The notes: generated by a model not told the origin, from the sequence alone. Shown: positions 30,605-40,075, counted from the stretch's first letter. The stretch: DNA of 64,000 nucleotides from Pseudomonadota bacterium (GCA_027485695.1 JAIXQO010000009.1:73157-137156); one strand, 5' to 3'. Program-made: numbers and translations.

Positions 30605-31233
30605 AGAAATCAACAAAGGGCCCAAAGCGCGAGATCGGGCTGCGCGAACGCTTGATAACAGTGGCCCTCCGCGAAATCAAACGCCAAGGCGCTCACGGCA
30701 TGACCCTACGAGGAGTTGCAAAACTTGCCGGATGCACCCCGATGGCGACCTATCGCTATTTTGATTCAAAAGAAGCACTTCTAGCCGAAATAGCAAGAGA
30801 AGGGTTTATTCATCTACGCACGGAGATGCTCGAAGCGACTACTCGATCGAACCTCACCCCTCTTGAGCAAATCGAGGCCGCCGGAAACCGTTATATTCGC
30901 ATGGCCCTCGAGCGCCCGGCCCACCTACTCATGATGTTCGGTGGATTTATTGGAGACCCTGATGATTTCCCAGAAATGAAAGCTGCCGGAGAATCGACAT
31001 TTTTTACGCTCGTAGAAATGATGAACGCCGGCCAGCGCGAAAAACTGCTCCCTAAATGTGACCCGATCCAGCAGGCGGTAGCAGCCTGGTCCATCGTGCA
31101 CGGGTTTTCGATGTTGATCATCAATGGGAATTTGGAATTCTTAGGGATCAACCTCGACAACTCCAAGGAACACGCGCGTTTCGTTGCACGTTCCGTAATC
31201 GATGGTCTACGCGCATGCACGAATTTTAAGTAA
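30601..31233 (+). CDS. TetR/AcrR-family regulator
   Basis: MTLRGVAKLAGCTPMATYRYFDSKEALL and AAWSIVHGF. 4-nt overlap with the RND stop. Confidence 0.93.
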   Translation: MKKSTKGPKREIGLRERLITVALREIKRQGAHGMTLRGVAKLAGCTPMATYRYFDSKEALLAEIAREGFIHLRTEMLEATTRSNLTPLEQIEAAGNRYIRMALERPAHLLMMFGGFIGDPDDFPEMKAAGESTFFTLVEMMNAGQREKLLPKCDPIQQAVAAWSIVHGFSMLIINGNLEFLGINLDNSKEHARFVARSVIDGLRACTNFK

Positions 31234-31304
31234 ACTTTTGGTTTGGTGAGTCTGCCTTATCATTTGAAGATCGAGACTACGGTCGACCCGATCTCATCAC
31301 GCTA

Positions 31305-32549
31305 CTAAAAAATCTGTAATTTTCTCGACTCGATCGCCGAAAGCTTTCCACCTTCACCGCAGCCAGAAAACATGAACCTCACGAGATAATTTCCAGTAGC
31401 CAAACCACGTAAATTCTCCCGACTCAGCTTCTCCGTTTGGCCCACCTCTGAAAAGGTTTCTCCGGACCACACTGTCAGAATTTTCGTACCGTTCAGACTG
31501 AAAACCGCAACTTCGGCTCGCACGCATGCGAACTCCGTTTTAAAATCAATGGTCACAGATTCGTCGACCGTCGATACCGGATTTGGAAACACCTGGACGT
31601 CTACCCGGACTGAATCTTTTCGGAATGTCTCATAATTGGCCGAAGAATAAGCGACCACAGAACAAGGCGACACGTCTCCACGATGGATCCCGTCGATGCA
31701 CGACTGAATCCAAGAACCATTTGAATGGATCGAGGTGAACTTGTAGGGAAACCTGAACCAATTCATTCGCCGAAACGGAGCGCAGTTGTCTTCGCCGCCT
31801 TTTGGTCCCATAGACAGGACTCCGACGATGCGACCCAATGAATCAAAAATCGGACTCCCGCTGTCACCAAAACAAGAAAGGAGACTCGATGGAGCGGACA
31901 CTTTGATGCTAGCTTCATAACCGTCTCGACCATCCTGAACCAGACCGGCATACCGTAAAGTCGCGTGAGCCTGATCAAACGACGCCAGGTAATAGGCCTG
32001 ATGACTCGCGCGGTAACCTCCCACGAAGTGCTCGATCGAAAACCAATCCAGCTTTTCCCACTTTCGGAGCGGAGACCTACCGAGAACAATAGGCTCCGGC
32101 AGTGTCGGCTCGTCACGAAAATCCACTTCAAGAAGCGCTAAATCGGATTCAGTCGTCCCGGTCACGTCATCGCTCGAGAACTTTGGGTGCGGAAAATTTC
32201 GCAGGATTCTTCGACAGGTCGCGCCTTTGAATGCTGAGTGATTGGTCGGTTGAGAATTACCGAGGCAAAAATATTCTTCTCCAACGCAATGAGCAGCAGT
32301 GATCACCACTTGCGAGTCGATGAGGGTGGCAACACAAGTGGAGGTTTTGGCGAATGGATAAGATACGAGAAATCCGACTCGTATTTTAGAATTTTCCGCC
32401 GGCCTTTCGCCATTCAACATCGCTTGCGCGACTGGAATGGGCGCAAACCCGACGGCTAGCGCCAGAATGAGGTCAAAAAACAACCCTGATTGAACGGACT
32501 TGCCCGGGTTTTGAACACGATCAAACTTACGTATTAAATGGTCGAACAA
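31305..32549 (-). CDS. Trypsin-like (S1) serine protease with T9SS-CTD-like C-terminal tail
   Basis: VITAAHC, SDLALL, CFGDSGSP. Tail VFPNPV...VFSLNG...LATGNYLVRF...SRKLQIF. Confidence 0.88.
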   Translation of the reverse strand: MFDHLIRKFDRVQNPGKSVQSGLFFDLILALAVGFAPIPVAQAMLNGERPAENSKIRVGFLVSYPFAKTSTCVATLIDSQVVITAAHCVGEEYFCLGNSQPTNHSAFKGATCRRILRNFPHPKFSSDDVTGTTESDLALLEVDFRDEPTLPEPIVLGRSPLRKWEKLDWFSIEHFVGGYRASHQAYYLASFDQAHATLRYAGLVQDGRDGYEASIKVSAPSSLLSCFGDSGSPIFDSLGRIVGVLSMGPKGGEDNCAPFRRMNWFRFPYKFTSIHSNGSWIQSCIDGIHRGDVSPCSVVAYSSANYETFRKDSVRVDVQVFPNPVSTVDESVTIDFKTEFACVRAEVAVFSLNGTKILTVWSGETFSEVGQTEKLSRENLRGLATGNYLVRFMFSGCGEGGKLSAIESRKLQIF

Positions 32550-32718
32550 AATGAGCTCCTGATTTTCCGCTGGTTATAGTGGAGCTTCCTTATTTGTTCT
32601 ATTAATAATATGTATTTAATTAAATCTACGAGCATACTACTTCTCGAGCCATTCTTTTCCGAAACAGGTCTACGCCCGGGACTGAGCCCGTTCCGCCAGA
32701 CCTCACCTCTCGAGTCGT

Positions 32719-33132
32719 TTAACCCTTTTTTTTCATATCGCGCAGACTCGCTCGGACCAGTTTTTTCACCAGACCACTAGGAATCGGCTTATCGAACAGA
32801 AAACTGATCACGGCCTTACTGGTCACGAAGCGCTTAACGTCCTTGGAGTAAAGCTCGAGCGCAGCAGGCCGAACGTGCAAGCGAACATGAGGCGCCTGGA
32901 AGCTGAACCAAACAAACATTCCATTGTACGCATAGCCCTCGTATGAATAACCGGGCATATCGAAATAGCTGAGAGTCTCTAAGGCATCGGGAGCGACCGA
33001 CCGAATTGATGCACGAATCGTTTTTAGTGCCGTCCGGGATTCTTTTGGGCATCCCGCGATGTATTCATCGACTCCACCTGGCTCAAGGGTTCTCTGGTTT
33101 TTTGACGGGCGAGCGGCTGGTTTCTTTTTCAT
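32719..33132 (-). CDS. DUF1801/YdhG-like protein
   Basis: VDEYIAG...LKTIRASIRSVAPDA.ETLSYFDMPGY...DKPIPSGLVKKLV. Confidence 0.85.
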   Translation of the reverse strand: MKKKPAARPSKNQRTLEPGGVDEYIAGCPKESRTALKTIRASIRSVAPDALETLSYFDMPGYSYEGYAYNGMFVWFSFQAPHVRLHVRPAALELYSKDVKRFVTSKAVISFLFDKPIPSGLVKKLVRASLRDMKKKG

Positions 33133-33149
33133 CTCTGAGGTCTCTTGGC

Positions 33150-33629
33150 CTAACCGTTCCCTCGCCCCACGACCCATTGCTCGAGCTGTTCAAGCTGTTC
33201 CGGCAACGCCCCACTGGAGCCATCGGCTAAAGCGGCGTCGAGCGCCTCCTTGGACGGAAACAGATCCGTCACCGTTACCCAGGTGGCGCCATGCATTTCT
33301 TCGAAACTCACGGTGGTCACGTTTGCAGCTTCCGGTCCGGCTTCCTCATTCGTCCAAACTAAACGCGAGTGCGGAGTGACTTCGAGGTACTTGCCAAAAA
33401 ATTCTGCGCTCTGCTCATCAAAACTAAACTTGAGGCGATAGGTTCCGCCAGTACGTACATCCATCTCACAAGACTCAAGCCGGATCGGAGCTGATTTCGG
33501 TACCCACCAGTTTTGGAAACTCTCAGGATTTATCCAGGCCTCAAACACGACGCTTGCCTTGCCAGGAATGATCCGAGAGGAAACCAGTTCACATTCTGAT
33601 TTTCGTTCAGCGTCCATTTGGATTTTCAC
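33150..33629 (-). CDS. SRPBCC/AHSA1-like domain protein
   Basis: VFEAWINPE...WWVP...CEMDVRTGGTYRL...YLEVTPHSRLVWT. Confidence 0.9.
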   Translation of the reverse strand: MKIQMDAERKSECELVSSRIIPGKASVVFEAWINPESFQNWWVPKSAPIRLESCEMDVRTGGTYRLKFSFDEQSAEFFGKYLEVTPHSRLVWTNEEAGPEAANVTTVSFEEMHGATWVTVTDLFPSKEALDAALADGSSGALPEQLEQLEQWVVGRGNG

Positions 33630-33646
33630 GTGTGCACCGGTCCTTT

Positions 33647-34300
33647 TTAGATCTTCTTTAAACGATACGCTTTTTCGATCACTTCGATTCCAGAAAACTT
33701 GGGCGCGCGGTCCGACAGAATCGGATCACGGGCTCTGTTCACCTGACGAATCTCGAACGCCTGGCCATAGAGGTTTGCGATTTCACTTTCGGTCACTGAA
33801 AACGGCGGACCCATCGGCTCTGGCGCTGGGTACTCTACCGCAATCAGGAGCATCGGCGCCCCAGGAGACGCGCGCCACCTCTGAATCACTTCGGTCGTGT
33901 AGCTCCGGCGCATGTCCTCGGGGAGCGCAATCATCGCCGCGCGATCATAGAGCGCAGTACAACCCGTCCAGGCAGCATCGGGAGCGGAGAAAAAATCTCC
34001 GCACCAAATCGTCACTCGCTCGCCCTCGAAAACCGTAAATGCACCTTCTTCGCGAATGTTATATGCGATCGAATTCTCCGCAAAAAACGATTCACACGCT
34101 ACTCGACTGAGTTCGATCCCCACGACCCGGTGTCCTTGATGGATCAGCCAGATCAAGTCATTTGACTTGCCACAGAGCGGAACCATGACGACGCCCGGTT
34201 CAACATCCGAGAAATGTCGTACGAGTTGCGGATGCGGACGATCTAAGTGAAACCCGATATCGCCGGATTCCCATTTTTGTTTCCAGTAAGGGGCTTCCAC
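33647..34300 (-). CDS. tpm: Thiopurine S-methyltransferase
   Basis: YWKQKWESGDIGFH, VMVPLCGKSNDL, CGDFF, LYDRAAMIALP, GPPFSV. Confidence 0.93.
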   Translation of the reverse strand: MEAPYWKQKWESGDIGFHLDRPHPQLVRHFSDVEPGVVMVPLCGKSNDLIWLIHQGHRVVGIELSRVACESFFAENSIAYNIREEGAFTVFEGERVTIWCGDFFSAPDAAWTGCTALYDRAAMIALPEDMRRSYTTEVIQRWRASPGAPMLLIAVEYPAPEPMGPPFSVTESEIANLYGQAFEIRQVNRARDPILSDRAPKFSGIEVIEKAYRLKKI

Positions 34301-34302
34301 TG

Positions 34303-34668
34303 CTACTTGATCTCGATCTTGACTTGATCCGCGCCCACCGCAATCGCTTGTGCGGTCGCACCGGTCGGGCCTGACTTGTCCATGGCATCTCCCGAAACCG
34401 AATAACGAGCGGTCACAAAATGAGATCCCGTGAACGTGGCACCGGGGGACATCGTATTTTTTTCGCTCAGAGAAAATTTCACGGGAAATTTCGGATTCGG
34501 AATTCGAAGCACGGCGGCTGGCATCCCTTTTTCTCCGGGTCTTGCAAAAACAAAGAGAACGCCGCCCGGTTTCAGAGTGGTGTTTTTGGAAACGGTGATC
34601 TCACCTGAAATCTCGCCAGGACCGGCATAAGCAGAGAACGACAACATAAGCGCGAATAGAACTTTCAT
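34303..34668 (-). CDS. Secreted stand-alone CcmI/CycH C-terminal-like domain protein
   Basis: Signal peptide, then LFVFAR..GMPAAVLR...FPVKFSLSEKNTM...VTARYSVSGDA. Confidence 0.7.
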   Translation of the reverse strand: MKVLFALMLSFSAYAGPGEISGEITVSKNTTLKPGGVLFVFARPGEKGMPAAVLRIPNPKFPVKFSLSEKNTMSPGATFTGSHFVTARYSVSGDAMDKSGPTGATAQAIAVGADQVKIEIK

Positions 34669-34669
34669 A

Positions 34670-35035
34670 CTATCCTTTCACCAGTACTTTGCATCCGGCC
34701 ATCGAGAAACGTTTGGTGTCAAACGGCATCTCGCCGCCACTCGTGCCGTACTTCTCAGCAAAATAGGCGTGAACTTTTTTATTCACGGCGTTCCGGTGCG
34801 CCTTGGACTTAAAAACAATGAACGAGAATACGACCATCTCGCCTGCTTTGAGCTTGGCCATTTTTGGGAGTGGGATACCACCGTACGGCATCTGGGTATC
34901 GTCGGCCACGCACTCATAATAATCGAGCGCGCCAAACTTCATCCAGGCATCGCGGCCCATGGTTGCCATCTTCTTGTAGGCAGCGAGCTTGCTTTTCTTG
35001 ATCGGGATCACGAATCCATCTACGTAGTTTGCCAT
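34670..35035 (-). CDS. DUF1428 family protein
   Basis: YVDGFVIPI...GALDYYECVADD...VVFSFIVFKSKAHR...MPFDTKRFSMAG. Confidence 0.92.
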   Translation of the reverse strand: MANYVDGFVIPIKKSKLAAYKKMATMGRDAWMKFGALDYYECVADDTQMPYGGIPLPKMAKLKAGEMVVFSFIVFKSKAHRNAVNKKVHAYFAEKYGTSGGEMPFDTKRFSMAGCKVLVKG

Positions 35036-35051
35036 GGTGATTTAAGAGTGA

Positions 35052-35068
35052 CACCGGCTCCACCATTT
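35052..35068 (+). repeat. att-like copy of the tmRNA 3' end
   Basis: CACCGGCTCCACCATTT matches 16282-16298 at 16/17. Intergenic. Confidence 0.65.
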
Positions 35069-35169
35069 GACTAGTGGCTAGAACGGTCTTGACGCTTGAA
35101 TCACTCAAAAAAATCGCAGATCGAAACTGAGAGTATCCGTTGAGCGCTGGAAATCTCAAAATTCATGAT

Positions 35170-35796
35170 CTAACGGAGATGCTCCAGATTTGAGTAACAG
35201 TAGTCCGTGTCAAAACGGCGGTCTTCCTGATCAGATAAAACCGCGCGATTTTTACTATTTCTACGGATGTTTTTCTTCATCACCAAATAAGCCTCATTTT
35301 TGGTAGCAAACTTTTTTACGCGAATCAGAGTAGGAGCAGAGTTTGGTTGCTCGTAGGACACGATGGTCAGAATGGCGTATCCGTCCGAATCGATCCAAAG
35401 AGGAATACCGAGGTCGAGCGTCTTCCTTTTGGTACCATCAATCGTTTTCTTGACCTTAACTAGGTTCGAATAGGATTTTTTATAGTGGGGGTTGTTAAAA
35501 TCGTCCTCACTAAAATCAAGCGATATGGGCTCCACCCGCAAAAAACTACCATCCTGGGCTGTGAACGTGTTTTCGGTGCGATCATGGGGCTTGGACTCAT
35601 AAGTATGAATCCCTTCAAATTCCGCTAGGTTTGGAGTTTTCGAGGAGAAACATTTGAAAATATTCATACCGCGAATCTCGTCTGGCGTGACTTTAATCCC
35701 CTGAGCGTACAAACCTTTTACATCTAGGTAGTTTCCGGGGGCGCAAAACGCAGAAGAAGACATCAAGCTGATCAAAGCAAAAGCAAATTGTTTCAT
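35170..35796 (-). CDS. Hypothetical secreted protein
   Basis: Signal peptide MKQFAFALISLMSSSAFC. AT-rich ORF. Confidence 0.7.
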   Translation of the reverse strand: MKQFAFALISLMSSSAFCAPGNYLDVKGLYAQGIKVTPDEIRGMNIFKCFSSKTPNLAEFEGIHTYESKPHDRTENTFTAQDGSFLRVEPISLDFSEDDFNNPHYKKSYSNLVKVKKTIDGTKRKTLDLGIPLWIDSDGYAILTIVSYEQPNSAPTLIRVKKFATKNEAYLVMKKNIRRNSKNRAVLSDQEDRRFDTDYCYSNLEHLR

Positions 35797-35951
35797 AAAC
35801 TTACCCAAATCCTCGTTCTTAAACCCAGGACACTCCTGAATGACTTGATCGATTTATACTACATTAGTTATGTAATAAATAAGTAAAAACGAACTGGATT
35901 GCAATGGGTGTTCACGGCTTTAGAAAAACTAAGAAATGAAACACTTCAAAA

Positions 35952-36860
35952 TCAACGGCCTGCCGACAAAATCCCTTTTGACTTCAGGTAGTCCAATCCC
36001 CCTCGTACCGCTGCCACCTGCGCATCGATACAGATCTGATCGTTCACGCGTGGGCTATCGGGATAGACCTCAGTCGTCGTGGTAAACGGAGCGTTTGATA
36101 ACCCGGCGCAGAGCGAGAGCCGCTTCAGCGGATAATGAATCACGCCTTCCTGCGCGATCGGCTCACCGATAATACAACCCTGCTCGTCAGCCGGCGCGAT
36201 GTGGGTGACCTTGCGAACAGAGTCGATGATCGCTTTTTCAAATTCAGGGAGTGGATGATCGGAATCTCCCACCGTATAGAATCCGTCCGGAATCGGAGAA
36301 AATGGTTGCGGTTTCGCGTCCCTGGCCTCAAGCGCCGGACGAAACACGGTATTGTCCGTGTCTGTCGTCTCATGCAGGTCAAAATGGGCCAAGATCGAGG
36401 ATTGATAGGGCTCAAGAGCACGGAGCAGACTTACGCACTCCTCGGCTGGACTTCCCGGAACAAAATTGCGATTCGGATCCAGAGCATGCGGGTTCCAACG
36501 ATTGATCGTCTCATAAGCCCAAGGGCTCACGCAGGGGGCACAGACGAAATTAAATATTTCTTCGTAGGGATGAGCCTCATTTTTCATAAACGCCAGTGCC
36601 CCGTGGACACCGCTCGTTTCATAGCCGTGCACGCCACCCGTGATCAGGACCGTTTTCTTGTTCGCATCCCAGTTTTTTGAGCTCACCAAAAAGAGCGGAT
36701 ATTTCTTGGGATCGATCGATAACACACCGTAGGATTCGACGACGTACTGACCGGAGAGTGCCTCAATTTTTCGGACGACTTCACGCTCATATGAACGTTT
36801 GATCGTTTGCGCTTTGAACCACTGATCTTTGTCGGCCGAAGTCCACGGGGCTGTGCTCAT
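35952..36860 (-). CDS. M14-family metallocarboxypeptidase / succinylglutamate desuccinylase-like
   Basis: ITGGVHGYETSG, DPNRNF, HFDLHETT, TTTEVYP. Confidence 0.9.
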   Translation of the reverse strand: MSTAPWTSADKDQWFKAQTIKRSYEREVVRKIEALSGQYVVESYGVLSIDPKKYPLFLVSSKNWDANKKTVLITGGVHGYETSGVHGALAFMKNEAHPYEEIFNFVCAPCVSPWAYETINRWNPHALDPNRNFVPGSPAEECVSLLRALEPYQSSILAHFDLHETTDTDNTVFRPALEARDAKPQPFSPIPDGFYTVGDSDHPLPEFEKAIIDSVRKVTHIAPADEQGCIIGEPIAQEGVIHYPLKRLSLCAGLSNAPFTTTTEVYPDSPRVNDQICIDAQVAAVRGGLDYLKSKGILSAGR

Positions 36861-37037
36861 CGAATGATTTCCTTCTCAGAGCCCCACCCTAACACTGATT
36901 CATCTCCCCAAAAAGCGGGGCCAGCGTTTATCCATCATTTCAGCCGTGCCATGAACGCAATTTCCAATGACAGTTCGGTAAAAACTACCTACGCTTAAGA
37001 GAAACGTGACTGAGATTCCATGACCACGGAGGTCTAG

Positions 37038-37661
37038 GTGAACCGAATTCCAAGGATTGGTTTCAGGATTGGCTTTTTGAGTGTCTGCTTGAGCTTACTC
37101 GGCTCACCCGCGACTGCCCGAGCAGAGTTACTGGGCCCGCCGATGCTCGGCCTTGAGGTCGGCAGCAGTTTCTCAAACATGGGCAACAAGATCACCTCTT
37201 CTGCCGACGCCTCACGCTCTCTTTTGGGAACGCATCAACTGATTTTTGGCGTCAGTGGCTACTTCTTGGGCCTAAAACCAGAATTGGGCTACACGATTCT
37301 CGCGCGCAAGGGCAAAGGCGATTCGCACACCTCCCGTATCATCACCCTACAACTCCCCTACGTCGTCGCAGCGGCAGGGCCTCTGCATATCAAAACAGGA
37401 CCTTCTTACTGGATTCACCGAGTTTCCGGCAAAGGCGGGAGCGTCGAACTGAACAACGGCACCGGAACCGCAACGTTCTACCGCCCCTCTGGCACCAAAA
37501 GCTCCAGCAGTCTGGCCTGGTTGATCGGCGCCTATTTCGCCATTCCAGGCGTTATACCCGTTGTCCCAAGTGGAATCGATTTTGATCTGCATTTGCTGGC
37601 ACCCTTTTCCAGCCGAAGAACTGTCAACGCTATGATTCAACTCTCCTGGGGGATTTTGTGA
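37038..37661 (+). CDS. Outer-membrane beta-barrel-like protein
   Basis: Signal peptide, amphipathic beta strands, C-terminal IQLSWGIL. Confidence 0.7.
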   Translation: MNRIPRIGFRIGFLSVCLSLLGSPATARAELLGPPMLGLEVGSSFSNMGNKITSSADASRSLLGTHQLIFGVSGYFLGLKPELGYTILARKGKGDSHTSRIITLQLPYVVAAAGPLHIKTGPSYWIHRVSGKGGSVELNNGTGTATFYRPSGTKSSSSLAWLIGAYFAIPGVIPVVPSGIDFDLHLLAPFSSRRTVNAMIQLSWGIL

Positions 37662-38485
37662 AAACTCATACATTCGCCAAAACGATTTCAAACGCCATTC
37701 CTCTCGCGCTCCTCATTCTTTGCGCAAATCCTACACTCTCATCCGCATTCACCTTAAACGAGGCCGACGTCAAAGGCTGGTCCTCAAACGATCTGTCCGT
37801 CGACTATAACTTCGACAACTGCGGATCGATCTCGGCCGACGCGATGAAAAACATCGCTCAAAACGCGTTCGATCTTTGGAATAGCGCGCCGAATTCACGT
37901 TTAACGATCAAACTCGGAGCCGCAGTGACGACGACCGGTGCCCAGGCGCGCGCACTCAGTTTCACCGCCTCCTCTCTGGTACTCGTCTGTGATCCAAGTT
38001 TTTCCACGACCACTTCGAGCCAATCTGGCAATGGCACGCTCGGGGTCGGAAGCGCCGGCGCCAAAGACGGCAGCGGCTACTACACCAAAGGATTTCTGAT
38101 CCTCAACACCCAGAGCGGTAACACTCCGAACGTCACGACGATCTCGACCGCTCAGGCCGAAATCACCATCGCGCATGAGCTCGGTCACTCACTCGGATTT
38201 GGACACTCCTCTGATTCTACTGCGCTCATGCACTACACGACGGGCTCCAAAGCGAGCCTCTCTTTTTCGCAAGACGATATTGATGGAATCACCTACTTGT
38301 ACGGGCGCTCTGAACCCAAGCAATCGATCATGGGTTGCGGAACTCTGCAATATCCAGCCGGCCCCGGAAATGGTCCGATGAACGGCCCATTTTGGCTGTT
38401 TCTCGTGTGGTTCTTGATCATTCCGGCGATCCTGACGAAACAACACCGCAAGCTCCTCAGTCGCAGCTTCAGTCGTAGCTATTGA
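37658..38485 (+). CDS. Matrixin (M10) metalloprotease with C-terminal GCG + TM + basic tail
   Basis: HELGHSLGFGH, Met-turn ALMHY, DDIDGITYLY, then MGCGTL...FWLFLVWFLIIPAILTKQHRKLL. Confidence 0.9.
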   Translation: MKTHTFAKTISNAIPLALLILCANPTLSSAFTLNEADVKGWSSNDLSVDYNFDNCGSISADAMKNIAQNAFDLWNSAPNSRLTIKLGAAVTTTGAQARALSFTASSLVLVCDPSFSTTTSSQSGNGTLGVGSAGAKDGSGYYTKGFLILNTQSGNTPNVTTISTAQAEITIAHELGHSLGFGHSSDSTALMHYTTGSKASLSFSQDDIDGITYLYGRSEPKQSIMGCGTLQYPAGPGNGPMNGPFWLFLVWFLIIPAILTKQHRKLLSRSFSRSY

Positions 38486-38516
38486 TGAGAACAAGAACCG
38501 TCGGGAAGTCCACCTC

Positions 38517-39104
38517 ATGAGTCAGGCAAGCATTGGAAAAAATCGCCTCGAAGCATTCAGCGATGGCGTACTGGCCATCATCATCACGATCATGGTCCTC
38601 GAACTCAAAGTCCCACACGGGGACACTATTGACGCGATCCAAGGACTCTATCCGAAGTTTTTGAGTTACATTCTGAGTTTTGTTTACGTCGCCATCTATT
38701 GGAACAATCACCATCACATGATCCATACTTGCCGTAGCGTGAACGGCGGCATTCTCTGGGCGAATATGCATTTACTATTTTGGTTGTCTCTCGTTCCATT
38801 TACGACCGGATGGATGGGAGAAAATCATTTTTCGTCTATCCCCACCGTGATCTACGGCATGAACTTGCTGGCCGCGGCCATCGCTTATTACCTTCTGCAG
38901 CTCTCGATCATTGCTAGTCAAAAAGATGAGCCCATTTTGAAACGAGCCATCGGCAATGATTGGAAAGGTAAACTTTCCCCCCTCATCTATGTAACCGCGA
39001 TTTCGGCCGCCTTCTGGCTCCCCACCCTTGCGCTCATGCTCTATTCGGTTGTGGCCCTGATCTGGATCGTCCCCGACAAACGGATCGAACGCATGTACCG
39101 TTGA
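38517..39104 (+). CDS. TMEM175-family (DUF1211) potassium channel
   Basis: RLEAFSDGVLAIIITIMVLEL, IYWNNHH, PDKRIE. Confidence 0.95.
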   Translation: MSQASIGKNRLEAFSDGVLAIIITIMVLELKVPHGDTIDAIQGLYPKFLSYILSFVYVAIYWNNHHHMIHTCRSVNGGILWANMHLLFWLSLVPFTTGWMGENHFSSIPTVIYGMNLLAAAIAYYLLQLSIIASQKDEPILKRAIGNDWKGKLSPLIYVTAISAAFWLPTLALMLYSVVALIWIVPDKRIERMYR

Positions 39105-39310
39105 GCGATTCTCGCGGATACCCTACTCGTCGGCCGATAAAATTTAAAAACGAGAGCGACTGTTTCAATTCTGGCTGAGGTTTAGAATTTTCGAAATGGA
39201 CTCCACATTCGATTCCTCCGCGTAATCGCTCCAAGCATCGGATTACTTTTGTAATCAGTTTTGATCACAACAAATTGACTTAGATCCACGGCTCCCATAA
39301 TCCAACGCCC

Positions 39311-40075
39311 ATGCAACTGGACTTTGACGGATTTATGAAAAATCCGATGGAACACGTGAAATTTCTCTACACGAGAAAACGCGAGACCAATCCAAGATAT
39401 ACGCTTCGAGCCTATGCACGCGACCTGGGAGTGAGCCAAACCTTGCTGAGCTTCCTACTGACGGGAAAACGACCGGTCTCCATCAAACAGGGACTCAAAC
39501 TCTACGAATACTACCGCAAATCTACGCCAGGTGCCCCTCCCATCGACGTTCAGGTTTTTGATCTCGACATCGATCACGAGGCTCTTTTACGGCAGTGGTA
39601 TCACTTACCCGTCTTGGAACTTGCTCCGCTAGAGCTCTATCGCGGAGATCCTCACAAACTCGCAACAGCGCTCGGAATTACTCCGATCGAGGTTGAACAA
39701 GCGATCCGTCGCCTGATTCGAGTGGAGCTCCTGGAGAAGAAAAAAGATGGTAGCTACCGCAAGGTCCACCTTCATCAATTTTTTGAGATCAAGCAACCCC
39801 GGGCGAGCGTGCGGACGTTTCATCGAAAACTACTCGAGAAAGCGAGCGAAGCCATGGAACGAGAGGATGGAGCCTCCTACGCCATGCGGGACATCACGAG
39901 CCACATCATTGTATCTAACCCAGATCAAATCGAAGAAGCACGCAAACGAATTCGAAAATTCCAAAAATCTCTCATTCGTTTTCTCACCCAAACCAAAGGC
40001 GAAACCGTTTTTCAACTGGGAATTCAGCTTTTCCCGATCAGTCAACCACCCCAAAAAACTGGAAACAAAATATGA
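39311..40075 (+). CDS. TIGR02147-family protein (HTH + DUF4423-type domain)
   Basis: NPRYTLRAYARDLGVS, LRQWYHLPVLEL, VRTFHRKLLEKA, VFQLGIQLFPIS. ATG 39335 is an alternative start. Confidence 0.9.
   Translation: MQLDFDGFMKNPMEHVKFLYTRKRETNPRYTLRAYARDLGVSQTLLSFLLTGKRPVSIKQGLKLYEYYRKSTPGAPPIDVQVFDLDIDHEALLRQWYHLPVLELAPLELYRGDPHKLATALGITPIEVEQAIRRLIRVELLEKKKDGSYRKVHLHQFFEIKQPRASVRTFHRKLLEKASEAMEREDGASYAMRDITSHIIVSNPDQIEEARKRIRKFQKSLIRFLTQTKGETVFQLGIQLFPISQPPQKTGNKI

Larger units (their letters stand above)
16282..35068. mobile_element. Candidate ssrA-anchored accessory island (about 18.8 kb), no integrase seen
   Basis: Bounded by CACCGTCTCCACCATTT (16282-16298) and CACCGGCTCCACCATTT (35052-35068). 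Contains internal tmRNA-trailer repeats and accessory cargo. Confidence 0.5.

Noticed and set aside
16296-35068. Integrase, transposase or prophage genes in the candidate island
   Set aside because: No R-H-R-Y tyrosine recombinase, serine recombinase, DDE, HUH or phage structural motifs were recognised in any ORF.
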